Shown here: positions 52,020-64,000 of the stretch, piece by piece
Layout of the letters: every line of letters starts with the position of its first letter
Numbering within the stretch: the stretch's first letter is position 1
Source of the DNA: Ginglymostoma cirratum
Taxonomy: Eukaryota
NCBI GenBank assembly: GCA_024137785.1
Contig: JAHRHZ010000056.1
Location: 17,280,341-17,344,340 of the forward strand
Direction: 5' to 3'
Length of the DNA stretch: 64,000 nt
Notes under the pieces: generated by a model
The model's input: the letters and a program-made list of their open reading frames with translations, nothing else
What the model was told of the DNA's origin: nothing
Database searches by the model: none
Translations under genes and position numbers: made by a program

Positions 52020-53135
52020 ATATAGAACATAGAACATAGAATAGTACAGCACAGTACAGGCCCTTCGGCCCACGATGTTGTGCCGAACTTTTACTCTAAA
52101 CCTACGGTATATCTAACCTCCACCTTTACCTTATTCTATCATTCATATGCCTGTCTAATAGCATCTTAAATGCCCCTAACGAGGCCGATTCCACTACCCA
52201 TCATAGTAAGCCCATGGAACAACAGACTCTGAACTGCATAGGGTACACCTATTACTAAAACTCTAACACATCTATTGAAGTCACAGTAACATATGAACAT
52301 ATGAAATTGGAACAGGAATAGGCCACTCGGCTCCTTGAGTCTGCTGCAACATTCAATAAGATTATGGCTGATCTGATTACTTCACATTTCTGCCTATCTA
52401 TAATAACCTTTCACTCCTTACTTATTTAGCTTCCTCTGCCTTAAAAATATTCAGAGACTCTGCTTCTACAGCCTTTTGAGGGAGAGAATTCCAGAGACTA
52501 TCACCCTATGTGGAAAAAAAAAGTTCTTTTTGTGTCTATCTTAAATAAGCAACCCCTTAATTTTAAACAGTGACTCCCTAAGTCTAGAATCTCACACAAG
52601 AGGAAATGTCTTTCTAACTGCACTCTGTCAAGATCTCTAAGGATCTTATATGTTTCAATGAAGTTGCCTATCCTCTTCTAAACCCCAGTGGGTACAAGCC
52701 TAGTCTCCCCAATTCCTCTTAAGACAACCCCTTCTAGGTATTAGTCCAGTAAATATTCTTTAAGCTGCTTCCAATACACTTACATCCTTCCTTAAACAAG
52801 GAGATCAATACTATGGACAGTATTCTAGAAGTTGTCTTACCATTGCCCTATATAGTTGAAGCATAATCTACTTTTGAATTCAATTCCCTTGCAATAAACA
52901 GTAATTTCTGTTCACTTTCCCAATTACTTGCTGTACCTATATACTAACCTTTTGCAATTCATGCACTAGGACACCCAGATCACTCTGCTTCTCAGAGCTC
53001 TACAATCTCTCACTGTTTATATTATATGGTTTCTCATTCTCCCTGGCAAAATAAATAATTTGATATTCTCACATTAAAATTCACTTACCTGATCTTTGCT
53101 GACTCACTTAACACCTCTATCTCCCTTTGTAGCCT
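52020..53135 (-). mobile_element. Two CR1 3' fragments (52020-52200 and 52290-53135)
   Basis: (atagaac)n tail followed by the reverse complement of the CR1 3' UTR seen at 7440-7510; second fragment is older and degenerate. Confidence 0.7.
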
Positions 53136-53136
53136 A

Positions 53137-53535
53137 AGTAGGTAGGAGATGGGGGTGTGGCTTGAGGTGGGAGGAGCTTCAAAATCTCCCCTCCCCCTAC
53201 CACATCCCAAAACCAGCCCAGCTCGTCCCCGCCTCCCTAACCTGTCCTTCCTCCCACCTATCCCCTCCTCCCTGGACTGACCTATCTCCTCCCTAACTCC
53301 CCATCTACACTCACCTTTACTGGCTCAATTCCCGCCTCTTTGACCTGTCTGTCTCCTCTCCACCTATCTTCTCCTCTATCCATCTTCTATCCGCCTCCCC
53401 CCTCTCCCTATTTATTTCAGAGCCCCCTTCCCCTCCCCCATTTCTGAAGAAGGGTCTAGGCCCGAAACGTCAGCCTTCCTGCTCCTCTGATGCTGCTTGG
53501 CCTGCTGTGTTCATCCAGCTGTACATCTTCTTATT
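53137..53535 (+). mobile_element. Penelope terminal fragment with an inverted 5' piece
   Basis: 53176-53535 matches 8340-8760; 53137-53175 is the reverse complement of 8431-8469; hammerhead motif 53444-53471. Confidence 0.85.
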
Positions 53536-54786
53536 CATGTAGTTATCCATATGTCTTTTAAACATTGTAACTGTACCCACATCTATCACTTCCTCTAGAA
53601 CTATTTTGAAACTACTACACTTTACTGCACTGAAACAAGCCCTTCTGATAACTGATCTATGCCAGCCTTTATATTCTATATGAGCTTCCTCTGCTCTTCT
53701 TCATTTGACCCTATCATTATGTCCTGACATTTTCTACCTCTGGTCTTTGGGTAAAGGCTGCTTTTTTCATCTATAACCATCTTTTGACCTGTGGAATCTT
53801 GCAGAGTCCAATTGGCAGGTAGACCTTCTGTTGCTATCATATAGAAGTATTACACAGGAAACACACAGAAAAGAACTAGAGGTAATCTTCACCTTATCCA
53901 CTATTAGAACTGCAATTTTCCTTTCTAATTAAAGTTACCTTGTAACGGACGCTCCTCCCACTTGGACAGCACATGAAGCAAATGTCATCGATTTTGATTA
54001 AATAAAATGAGAATCAGTGGGGACAATCTGTTCAAATTATGATTTATTTTGCAACATAGAGCTTGTGAGTTTTCCTTTAAATCTTGTTGCTCTGTACTTT
54101 GGGCTAAGCTTCATTCCTTTTCTATAAATATATTTGTATATAAGTTGTTTGATAAATGATAAGATCAACATAATGGTGACTGGCCTTTATACTTCTCTAA
54201 CTGAGAATAATGATGGTCTTGAGCATGTAAATTTAACCCAACTTACATGCAGTAAGATTTTATTATGCCCTCTCACACTCCCATTGTTAGTCAGCAAAAG
54301 CACATGACAGAACGTGCTACAAAATGTTATAAAAAGCTCCATTGTAAATCCAACACCAAAAGTCACATGATTTACTATAATTACAAAGATGGGAGCTGCG
54401 TCAAAGACAAAATAATTTGCAACTATATTGAAATAGATATAGAAATAAATAGAGCTGTGTTTATTTATTACAATGCATCATTTAGGAACAAGTCCATTAT
54501 GAACAAGTTTCAATGAGCAGAACGGTCTGTGAATTTCTCTTATCCTATAATGGTTCAAATGAACTGACTTGATATCTTGACGAACCTAAGAATCAGTAAT
54601 TGTTTTTGTTCCATCTGAATAGGGACCTTGTGTAATAAACCCACGACTAAAGCAGATGTTTGATGGTTCCTGAGCTGCACATAAACCTGATACACATAAA
54701 AAGTTATGCGTTCAAGGGCAAATGAGATATTCTGAAGCTCTTGAGGGCAATCCTGCTCTTGAGATTAAAAAAGTCTGTGATTATGA

Positions 54787-55150
54787 AGGAGAGGCTATGG
54801 TGCAGTGGTAATGGTACTGAACTAGTAACCCAGAACCCCAGACTAAAGATCTGGGGACACAAGTTTGAATCCTACCGTGGCTGATGGCGATATTGGAATT
54901 CATTAAAAATTTGGAATTATAAGATAACCATGTAATTATTGGTGATTGCCATAAGAGTTGATCTGGTACACACCAATACACCACAGGGAAGAAAATCGTT
55001 GGCTTTACCCAGTCTGGTCTACATGTGACTCCAGACACACACCTATGTAGTTGACTCTTAAATGCCCTCTGAAATGGCCCGAAGCCATTCAATTTCAAGG
55101 TCAAATAAGGATGAGCAATGAATGTTCGGCTTCATCCCATATGTGAAAAC
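54787..55150 (+). mobile_element. tRNA-derived SINE
   Basis: tggtgcagtggtaatgg..gtttgaatcc head; ctggtctacatgtgactccagac core. Confidence 0.7.
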
Positions 55151-56567
55151 AAAATCAAGTAAGTTTTGTGTCTTAGCAGAAGAAACAAGCCAGACTTATC
55201 TCAATTCCTGCTTTCTTATGCCCCTGTAGTTTTCAAATTCTTTGTTTTCATTAGAGGAAGCAAACGTTTCTCTCTCATGCAGGTGTACCACATTGTACTG
55301 CCAATTCTATTAACTTCCAATTCTGTAAGTCATGATGATGCTGTAAAATGCATTGGTGAAACATGCCCAGAGCACTACTATGCTTCCAGTATTAGAACAT
55401 AAGGAGACTTAAACCAATGCCAAGAAAAGCAACAAGGCTGATCCCTGGTATAGCAATGTGCTTTATGAAGAATCATTTGATAAGGTAGTGTACTTCAGGC
55501 CATAAAAAAGACATGTAAGGAGAGATCTTATAAAGATTAATATTAATAGAAATTGACCGATTAGCCCCTGAAGCCTATACCACAACTCAAATGCAACATT
55601 GTTAAGGTTCTTGACTACAAGAAGGCTGAATATATTTCATTCTCTCTTGCCAGATTAAGCAGATGGAGCAGCTTCATAAGGATTGTTTGTTTCGAAATGA
55701 GGCATGAACTGCACACAAACTGTTCTGTTTGTGCCACATGACAACTCTGAGGAAAAGGAATTCAACTCCTTCAACATCCAGCTGGAAATCAATGCATTAT
55801 ACAATTCAATACCTGATATTCTGGCAGCAGACATAATGCCTTTATTCTGCGGCAGTGCACCATGCCACCTACATTTGAGCCATTACTCCAAATCAGACAG
55901 AGGCAACTGGACAACAGGGGTAATCCTAGATGACCACAGCTCAAGCTCTGGCATACAATCCACTCAAACGTGCACCACACACATAAAAAAAGTCAAGAAC
56001 GACAATTATCTTAGAATGTTATTTCTGTACCTGGCCAGAATGTCAAAAAGCACAGGTTGAAATATATGAAAAGTGACACAGTATTTCATTACAAACAAGA
56101 TAATCAACAGGAAGAACAATTTGGCAGAGGATTGCCACTTAACCTCAAAATAAATGTAGAAAATGACTAGCTGCTTTTGTGGAAGACTTTGTTATGCATA
56201 TTTCAGAAGAAAGACTTGCAACGGACTACAAGTTTGTCTTTTGTTTTAATTTATCTTTTGATTAGGTCTTCACTGTTGATTTTTGAAATGGCTTACTGCA
56301 ATGAGAGTTTCCTCAACATATAATTGATTTAATCTTTGGGTCCTGTAATTTGTAAGATCTGCTTCATGTTACACATTGCAATAATGTTGAACATTTAGAA
56401 GTATTTTAGCATGTAGCATCTTAAAAATAGTTAACTGTATGGCAACTTGTGTATCTTATCCAATAATCTCCTTAAGTTATCTTTTCCAAATGGTGTGATA
56501 GAAAGTGATCCATGTGTGAACATTCTTGTGCTTGGCCTGGCTTTGGAGAGAGGTACTTTGGCAGCGT

Positions 56568-56998
56568 CTGAAAAAAAAATGCTGGCAATCACAACGAGTC
56601 AGTGGCATCGGTGGACTGACAGGAAGCTAACATTTCAAGCCTAAATGACTCTTCATCAGAGCTGACATTAGATGTGGAGGGGGCAGCATTTATGCAACAG
56701 TGTGGGGACAGAGTGCTGGGGGAGAAATGGTGCTGATAGTGCAAATTAAGTGACCAGAAACCATTCTCACATTCCAATCACTTAATTTGCACTATCAGCA
56801 CCCTTTCTCCCCCAGCACTCCACTCCCACACTATTATATTAATGCTGCCCCCTCCACACTTCACGTCAGCTCTGATGAGGAGTCATCTAGACTCAAAACA
56901 TTAGCTTGCTCTCTCTTCACGGATGCTGCCTGACCCGTTGTGATTTCCAGCATTTTTTGTTTTCAGTACAAATTCTAGCATCTGCAGTAATGTTCTCC
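56568..56998. mobile_element. Fold-back Penelope-derived element with two opposed hammerhead motifs
   Basis: arms centred near 56765 (tgctgatagtgcaaattaagtga / tcacttaatttgcactatcagca); motifs at 56625-56663 (minus) and 56868-56906 (plus). Confidence 0.8.
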
Positions 56999-58928
56999 TA
57001 TTCTGGCAGAGTCTCCCCACCTGAAGGTCAAGGACAAGACACAATAGTTTCTCTCAACACTCATCCTAATCAGCTCTGTAGTGATGGGCTCCATGTTGTA
57101 GAGGGTGTTCCAAGGGACACAAACTGAGACAAGAATCACTGGAGGACCATCAGTTGGTGAATGACTATCTTTAGTCTGTTTGAAACTTATTGGTCTACCA
57201 GTGAGTGTAAATAGATGTCAATGACTAAACGTTACAGATTGGCACTTACCAAGATCTATGATTATGTGTTTGTGGGATGAACTAGAGGTTGGTGCAGCCA
57301 CAAATACTCACATGGATGATTGACACACTTGGTTTATTAATGTCCTTTAGGGAACAAAGTCTGCTGTCCTTATCTGGTCTGGTGTACACGTAATTGCAGG
57401 CTCATAGCAATGTAGTTGACTCTCAACAACACTCTGAATGGCCTTTCAAGTCACTCACTTTCAAGGGCAAATAGGCATGACCAATAAATGGGACATTGTG
57501 GGAAGTCCACATCCAGTGAAAGAATAGAGAAAAAAAAGCCCTGCATTTTACGGAATCATCCTGTAACTTTACGTTTCAACCTCTGTCCAGGTCATTGGCT
57601 CCCCAGTATACCATTTATCCTATATTTTATTGGCAGTGAGTGGGAGACTGCTTTGCCTCTTGCACAGTCCTTTTACCTTTGGTGCCTGAACCAGTACATG
57701 TACTACCATCAGCCTGCCCAGCCACAAAGACGACCAAAACATGACTCAACAGTGCAGGAGGAGAGACATCTTTCTGCCCTGCTTTATGAAGGGTAGTCAT
57801 ATTTCAGAATTCAAATACCTTATTAGGAATGAGCTCCTGGAGGATCAAGGTTGGACGGAACAGTGGGTGCTAAAACTGAGTGAAATGGGGGAGATGTTGT
57901 GTTAGGAAAAGGACTTCACTGAGCCTTTGAATATAACAGCGAAGAACATTTGAGTTGCATCATCTGAGGTGTGGCAATCTATTTGGACTGCAACTCCACA
58001 CCTATCTTCCTACTTTTCCCAAGGTACTCCACATTTCTGTCCCGGACTTCTAAATTGGTCCATTTGACAAATGTGCCATGTAAACAATCTGGAGTCTTCC
58101 ATCATAGTGTGGGATCAGGGCTGCAGATCAAACCACATCCCCTATTTACTTTTGTAATTCAGGATTTAAAGGGCCCAAAGCACTTGGACAAACTACAGAG
58201 AGAAAGTAAGTGTATAAGTTAGGTGGGTGATAGAGTAGGATGGCAGGTGGGTGAAGGGCTAGAATGACAGAAGGTTAGGTGAGGGAATCAAGTGATGGAG
58301 GTGTTGGGTCAGAGGAGTGTTAGTTGGGGTCGGTTCAGGTCTGATTCCAATTCAGAGTTGGGGCCTTTTTGCAGCATCCCATATATTAGGTTAATTGCTC
58401 CTTCTAAGTTGGGACTTCTGAACACTCTCAACATGGATCTTTCAAGGCATGGTGCCACAATGACTACTAAATCCAGACCTTTTTTAAAACTTTCATGATG
58501 TGAGTGTGTTCTGTCAAGGCCAGAACTTGCTCCAGATCCTTATCTGCTCTTGAACTCAGTGCTTTACTAGGCCATTTCAGAGACAGTTAAGAATCAACTG
58601 TCATTCTATGTGTCTAGATTTGCATAGACTACATACATCAGGTGAGGAGGGTAGAGAGATTTCCTCTCCTAATGACTAGTTATGAACCAGATTTTTTAAA
58701 AGAAAAGCCAATTGTTTTACAGTCAATATTTCTGAGCCTAAATTTTAATTCAAACTTTCCCAGCTCTCTGCCAAGCTTGGACCAGTATCTGCCCATTCAC
58801 CACCATCACCTGCTCCACTCACAAGGGGGCAAGATTGCTGTCTGAAGGCCTCTATGGTATACAAAGGGGCTAGAACTTTGCAAATAACTCATCCTGTTTG
58901 ACACAAAATATAGATATCTTTAAATCAA

Positions 58929-59140
58929 GGTGTAGAGCTGGATGAACACAGCAGGCCAAGCAGCATCAAAGGAGCAGGAAGGCTGACGTTTCGGGTGTAG
59001 ACCCTTCTTTAGATTTCTGAAGAAGTGTCTAGGCCCAAAACATCGGCCTTCCTGCTCCTCTGATGCTGCTTGGCCTACCGTGTTCATCCAGCTCTACACC
59101 TTGTTATCTCAGATTCTCCAGCATCTGCAGTTCCTACTAG
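58929..59140. mobile_element. Fold-back Penelope terminal element with 13-bp TSD, inserted into a short SINE
   Basis: ggtgtagagctggatgaacac..gacccttct against agaagtgtct..gtgttcatccagctctacacc; TSD atctttaaatcaa at 58916-58928 and 59141-59153. Confidence 0.85.
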
Positions 59141-59659
59141 ATCTTTAAATCAACCTGTTCAGACATCTGGAGCAGGTGGGACTGTCTTCTGATCTGGAGG
59201 TAGGGTTACACTGACTGCTGCTGTGGATGAAGGAACACATCCATTCACTGTTGCAGTTACCTAGCGGAGGCTAATTTTGATCCATCAACCTCCAGTTTAT
59301 GTGCCTGGCATGTTTTTGATGCTCGACGCTGCTCCTATCATTACTCTGCTGTCATTTTGAACTGTACCTCACAGTACTAAACAGATGTTGAAAGAAAAGA
59401 AACTGCTCTTTATGTAATATTAGAACGGAAATGTTAACTTATTTTCCTTCAGAAATTCTGAGATTAATGTCTATGGGGAATGAAGAAGTTGGGGGAACAG
59501 TTTTCCAGAAAACAGGAGTTTCAGTAGAACAGGGATTATGTGCAGGAAGGCTCCATCACCGGTCATGACCATACAGCCTGATTTTTGCTCCTATTTTTCA
59601 TTTAAACCTTGAACAACATTTCCTTTTACTAATGTCTGACAGTATAATCGGAGAGTTAC

Positions 59660-59866
59660 CTGAAAACATTTCTCGCGGAGTTACTTCTGTCTTTAGAGAC
59701 AGGCGGCTGCGCCGGACACTGTGGGGGTCCTTTCTGAGTGAGTGTCGCGCGGTTGCCATGCAGTCGCGCTCCGTCTGAGTGAGGTGTAGACCGAGAGAGA
59801 GCGCGGGTTAAAACCCAGAGTCAAAACCGGGAGCGAGCGGGATAAAACTCGGAGTCGAATGTAAGT
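59660..59866 (+). promoter_or_regulatory. EFTUD2: Candidate CpG promoter and non-coding exon 1 of EFTUD2
   Basis: CpG cluster (tctcgcgg, gcggctgcgccgg, gtcgcgcgg); donor aat|GTAAGT at 59861-59866; 2.7 kb upstream of the ATG exon; human EFTUD2 also has a non-coding first exon. Confidence 0.65.
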
Positions 59867-60219
59867 CTAGTTGGCATTAGAGCTCGGGTTTTGGAGATTG
59901 AGCTGCTGCCTTCCCTCATCATCGAGGCTGCTACTGTTTGATAGAAACTTCCTTCTCGCCGCCTTCCAAAATGGCCCACCCTCTCTCCCTCCAATCCCAG
60001 CATCCAGTAACACTGGGGGGTCTGGAACTAACATGTTGTAAATATTTCCTTATCAACCTGTTCAGGGACGTTATTACACGCCTCTGGAGCAGCGGGGACT
60101 TGAACGTGAGCCTCCTGCCTCAGAGGTTGTGACATTACCACTGCACAAGAACCCCTAGTGCTATCTGTAAATGCTTAACAGATTAAGCAGTTCTGCACAA
60201 GCCGTTATTACTTTAGATC

Positions 60220-60502
60220 ATCATAGATCATAGAATCCTTACAGTATGGAAACAAACCCTTCGACCCAACAAGTCCACACCGAACCTCAGAGCATCCCAC
60301 CCCTGTAACCCACCTAATCTACACATCCCTGAACACTGGGCAATTTAACATGGCCAATCCACCCTAACCTGCACATCTTTGGAGTGTGGGAGGAAACCGG
60401 AGCACCCAGAGGAAACCCACGCAGACACGGGGAGAATGTGCAAACTCCACACAGACAGTCGCCCAAGGGTGGAAAGCTGTGAGGCAGCAGTGCTAACCAC
60501 TG
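60220..60502 (-). mobile_element. HE1-type V-SINE
   Basis: reverse complement of the V-domain tgtgggaggaaaccggagcacccagaggaaacccacgcagacacggggagaatgtgcaaactccacacagac. Confidence 0.88.
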
Positions 60503-60829
60503 TACAACCTTTGTGTTGCAGATGTCAGTCATTCTCCAATCCCAGCACCCTTTCACACTAAACCCCCACCTTATTCAAGGCAGCTGTAGTATAATTCTTC
60601 AGTAATCCATGTCACATCGTTCAGGATACATACAGAATGTAGATACTTCCTAATTAACTTATTCAGGGAAGTTACTACTCCTCTCTGGAGTAGGTGGGAT
60701 TTGAACCCAGGCCTTCCTGGCTCAGAGGTAGGGATACTACCATTGCACCACAAGAGTCCCTGCCTCCCCTGTATAAACCACCTTGTTCAATGTTTGTGGG
60801 GAAAGAGGAACAAAAAGGGTCTTGATGAA

Positions 60830-61560
60830 GGCTTTGTATTTCTTTGTGAAATCTTTGCTTTATTTATCAAGGCCTACATTATAAAAGCCAAGGGAGTTAT
60901 GGAAAACCTCTCTAATTGGGCCATAGTGAAAGTATTTTGTGTGCTCAGTTTGGAGCACCACACTTTAGAAAACCTTGGAAAGGATGTAGAAGAGTCTCAC
61001 CAATTTAGTTTTAAAGAAAAACAATGTGTTGGGGAAGCTGTGATAGCATCTCTGGGGAGAATAACTGTGTAACATGTAACTTTATTTGGTTCACAAAGAA
61101 AATTCATATCAGGCTTGAAATGTTAGCTTTCCTTCTTTCTGCATCGATACTGCCAGATCTGCTGAATTTCTCCAGCACTTTCTGCTTTTATTTCAACCCT
61201 TCAAAGTCTGGAGTATTTTGCTTTTACGCTGATGAAGGATGGATGTTAATTGGACACAAGAAGCTGGGCTTATTTTCCTTAGAGCCCAGAAAATTAAGAG
61301 GAGATAATAAGAAACTGTTTTCAGAGGCAGAGGGTGAATGACCAAGGACATAGATATAATATTAGCAAAAAAGACTTGAGGAAACACATTTAAAAAGCAA
61401 GTTGTTGTGATCTGAAATATAAGGGTGCAGGAAGTAGACTCAATAATAACTTTAAAAATTGGATTGTTGAAACAGGGTTACGTGGCAAAATGGGATGATG
61501 AACATTCTACCAAAGAACCAGCACAAGCATGATGGGTGAAATAGTCTTTTTTATATACTG
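60830..61560 (+). mobile_element. Old CR1 3' fragment with internal insertion
   Basis: gaagctgggcttattttccttagagcccagaaaattaagaggagat (LGLFSLE.RKLRGD) and a CR1-like 3' UTR. Confidence 0.55.
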
Positions 61561-62594
61561 TTTCAGTGCATGAAATACGGCATAATTTCATGTCAATTTT
61601 TCATCAATTTGATTCATACTGCTAGAAACTCATTTCGAAGTTAAAAGTCAAATTGTCAGTGCTGGAAATCTAAAACAAAGTCTCATCATACTTTTTTGTT
61701 CGTATATTAATGCCTACCTTTATCCAAACTTTTGGTTGTCTGCTCTGATAACTCTGTTTTCGTGACTCTGTCTAATTTTGTTTGATAACAGTCCTGTAAA
61801 GTAGCTTACTGTTACATTAAAAGATTTATATAAAGCTTTGTTGTTCTCTTAAAATTTAGGTAATGCATTCTGTTTTCAGAAGCTTCACGTTCTGCTATTT
61901 TATTTACCTCAGTTTTGGTTTCCTAGGATGCGATCTAGTAAAAATAAAGTCCTGAAGTATTCCAAATCTTTTCCATTTCAAATTTGTGTATTCATTAGTA
62001 CACCAGTGTCAAGAAAAGGACTGACTGGCCATCTATGAACTACACTTCAGTTGCGATTGGAAACTTCTAATTGCATCTGGCAGTTTCTTCTTCATATTTT
62101 GAAAAACTAAATATTTCCCTCTTATTTACCAGTCTGTTACCATTGCTGTGTGGCTTTGATTTTATTAGTATACATTTTATGTGGGGTTTGTCGAATACTA
62201 GGGAAAATTAAAGTAGGAGAACCTCCTCCATGGTTTCTGAATAAGATATAAACCAGGACTTTGAATTATCTTTATGGAATAATAATTGAGGGCTTCATGG
62301 ATTCCTCTAAATTGTTTCCTCACTACTAGCTTAGCAGAAGAATTAACCCACTTACTTAAAAATGCATTAATACCATCTCATGCATACAGAAATTTCAGAA
62401 CTTTTGCAACATACTATAATTCTGCAACATATTTCAATCCCCATACAGGTACAGGCACCGTGGGTCAAATTACATCCTTCTGTGTTTTACCATTTGACGT
62501 GTTATTCAGCTGATTAAAATAGTAAAAGGGGTTTAATGCATGTCTAGAAATGCATCCATAAATTTAACTTGTCTTTGGATTTCAGAGTTCCATC

Positions 62595-62693
62595 ATGGAT
62601 ACAGACTTGTACGATGAATTTGGTAACTATATTGGACCAGAATTGGATTCTGATGAGGAAGATGGGATAGTTAGAGAAGATGATGTAGATGAG
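62595..62693 (+). CDS. EFTUD2: EFTUD2 (U5 snRNP 116-kDa GTPase, Snu114), first coding exon; gene continues beyond the window
   Basis: translates [33 protein letters not shown], matching the conserved EFTUD2 N-terminus; acceptor tttcag ending 62585; phase-0 donor gag|gtaatg at 62694. Confidence 0.96.
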
Positions 62694-64000
62694 GTAATGC
62701 TATTTTCAATGTTTGACTTTGGGCCCAAGTAGCTTTACAAATCTTTTTGGCAGTTATCTTGACAATGCCAAAATAACATCAATTATTTTTCAGATAGACC
62801 TTGTTTTGTTTTGGAATCACTTTTAAAGAAAGCTTTTAAATTCATCATGTATGTGCATTTAATTCATATTTTGCTATTTGAAAGAAATGGCTGTTGAATT
62901 TACATCATGCAGTTTATTACTTTTTAAGCTATAAAACATCAATCTTACCTGGTACCTGTCGGAGTCCTTTAACACTATTAACCTTGCTCCGAAGTAGTCT
63001 GATTCCCTGGCCTCCTGGCCTTTTCTTTAAAATAAACACAGTTAGCACAGCTTCAGTCCTTTGCCATATATTTGACAATACAGTTAATTTCTAGGGATGA
63101 GGAAATTGAATACAAACTGATCTTGCTGCTGTAAAACGTGGAAGGGTCTTCAATACTGTTTCAATGGACTAAGTGACAGAAGTGCAGAAACTACTGGAAC
63201 CCACTTTGCGGAGTGTTACGATTTTCATGATATTGCACTTCAGCTGCTTGCTTATTGGATGTTATAAGCCACGGCTTTGGTTTTGGGCAGAACACAGGTG
63301 ACTAAGGGGAAATGAATTAAGTCTTTTAGGCAAATAATATTCTGTAATACTGTTGTTCTTTGAAGCAAGTACAATAATTATGCAAAATAGTTTTTAGATT
63401 GTATTTCCAACTGTTATGAGTAGAGACTGATAACTTTGAAAAATAATTGTGAGCTTCCAATCAATGACTGACAAGGATCATATGACAAGGTTTCAAGTTT
63501 TAAGACTTTTGTACTAAAATCTGAAAGCTACATTGAATAAACACTTTCTGTTTCAGCTTGTACTCTAAACTACAGAATAGATCCTCTATTTAAATTTTGC
63601 AATGACTGGAGGATTCCCTGTCAAGCTTGTACTTTACTGTATTCCTTAAGTGGACACTTCTGTGGGAAACAGCCCAAACCTATTCTTAAATTTGAGATTC
63701 TTGGTCTCTCTTTATGACCAAATCTAGGTGAATCACCAGATATATTTAAACTCTCCTAAACTTTATCTCTTCAATCAGAGCACAAGCTCCGATCTGAATG
63801 GAAATGTTGATTAGTTATAACTCCAATTTATCAGGAAATTAACCAGCTTTAAAGTATAACCATTTATAAAAGCTGACATTCCTAACATATTCCTGAAGCT
63901 TTAAAATTAATTGTCTATCTGTTGTCAGCATGCCTGCTTAGGTTGTCACATCGTTGTGAAAGCCTTGCATTTTCTTTACTGTAAGACAGCCCAGCCCTCT

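Noticed and set aside
38008-62594. PHOSPHO-EFTUD2 read-through by analogy with human PHOSPHO2-KLHL23
   Set aside because: Analogy only; several poly(A) signals and a separate CpG promoter intervene
1-64000. CRISPR arrays, prokaryotic operons, rRNA genes
   Set aside because: No regularly spaced repeat-spacer array or such genes; the sequence is intron-containing vertebrate DNA

Overview
Vertebrate genomic DNA, very probably a shark or other elasmobranch (inferred from the repeats: HE1/V-SINEs, CR1 LINEs, abundant Penelope-like elements). It is AT-rich and repeat-dense, with two 400-N assembly gaps. Two host genes are supported, both on the + strand. One is a single-coding-exon HAD phosphatase of the PHOSPHO1/PHOSPHO2 family (37276-38007) with a candidate CpG promoter and non-coding first exon near 16.1 kb. 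The other is the 5' end of EFTUD2 (candidate first exon near 59.8 kb; first coding exon 62595-62693, missed by the ORF track). The rest is mostly decayed CR1, L2, Gypsy, SINE and Penelope-like elements. Best second-look items: (1) a series of minimal hammerhead-ribozyme motifs in the Penelope-type termini, one with an intact core at 758-801; (2) a ~420-bp SINE-plus-flank block duplicated just inside the first intron of both genes; (3) the mixed PHOSPHO1/PHOSPHO2 character of the phosphatase; (4) a solo LTR with TSD, CCAAT and TATA motifs just upstream of its coding exon; (5) tandem STAT (GAS) motifs in its candidate promoter. I see no evidence for a wholly new multi-gene system. Repeat boundaries are approximate unless a TSD is quoted.
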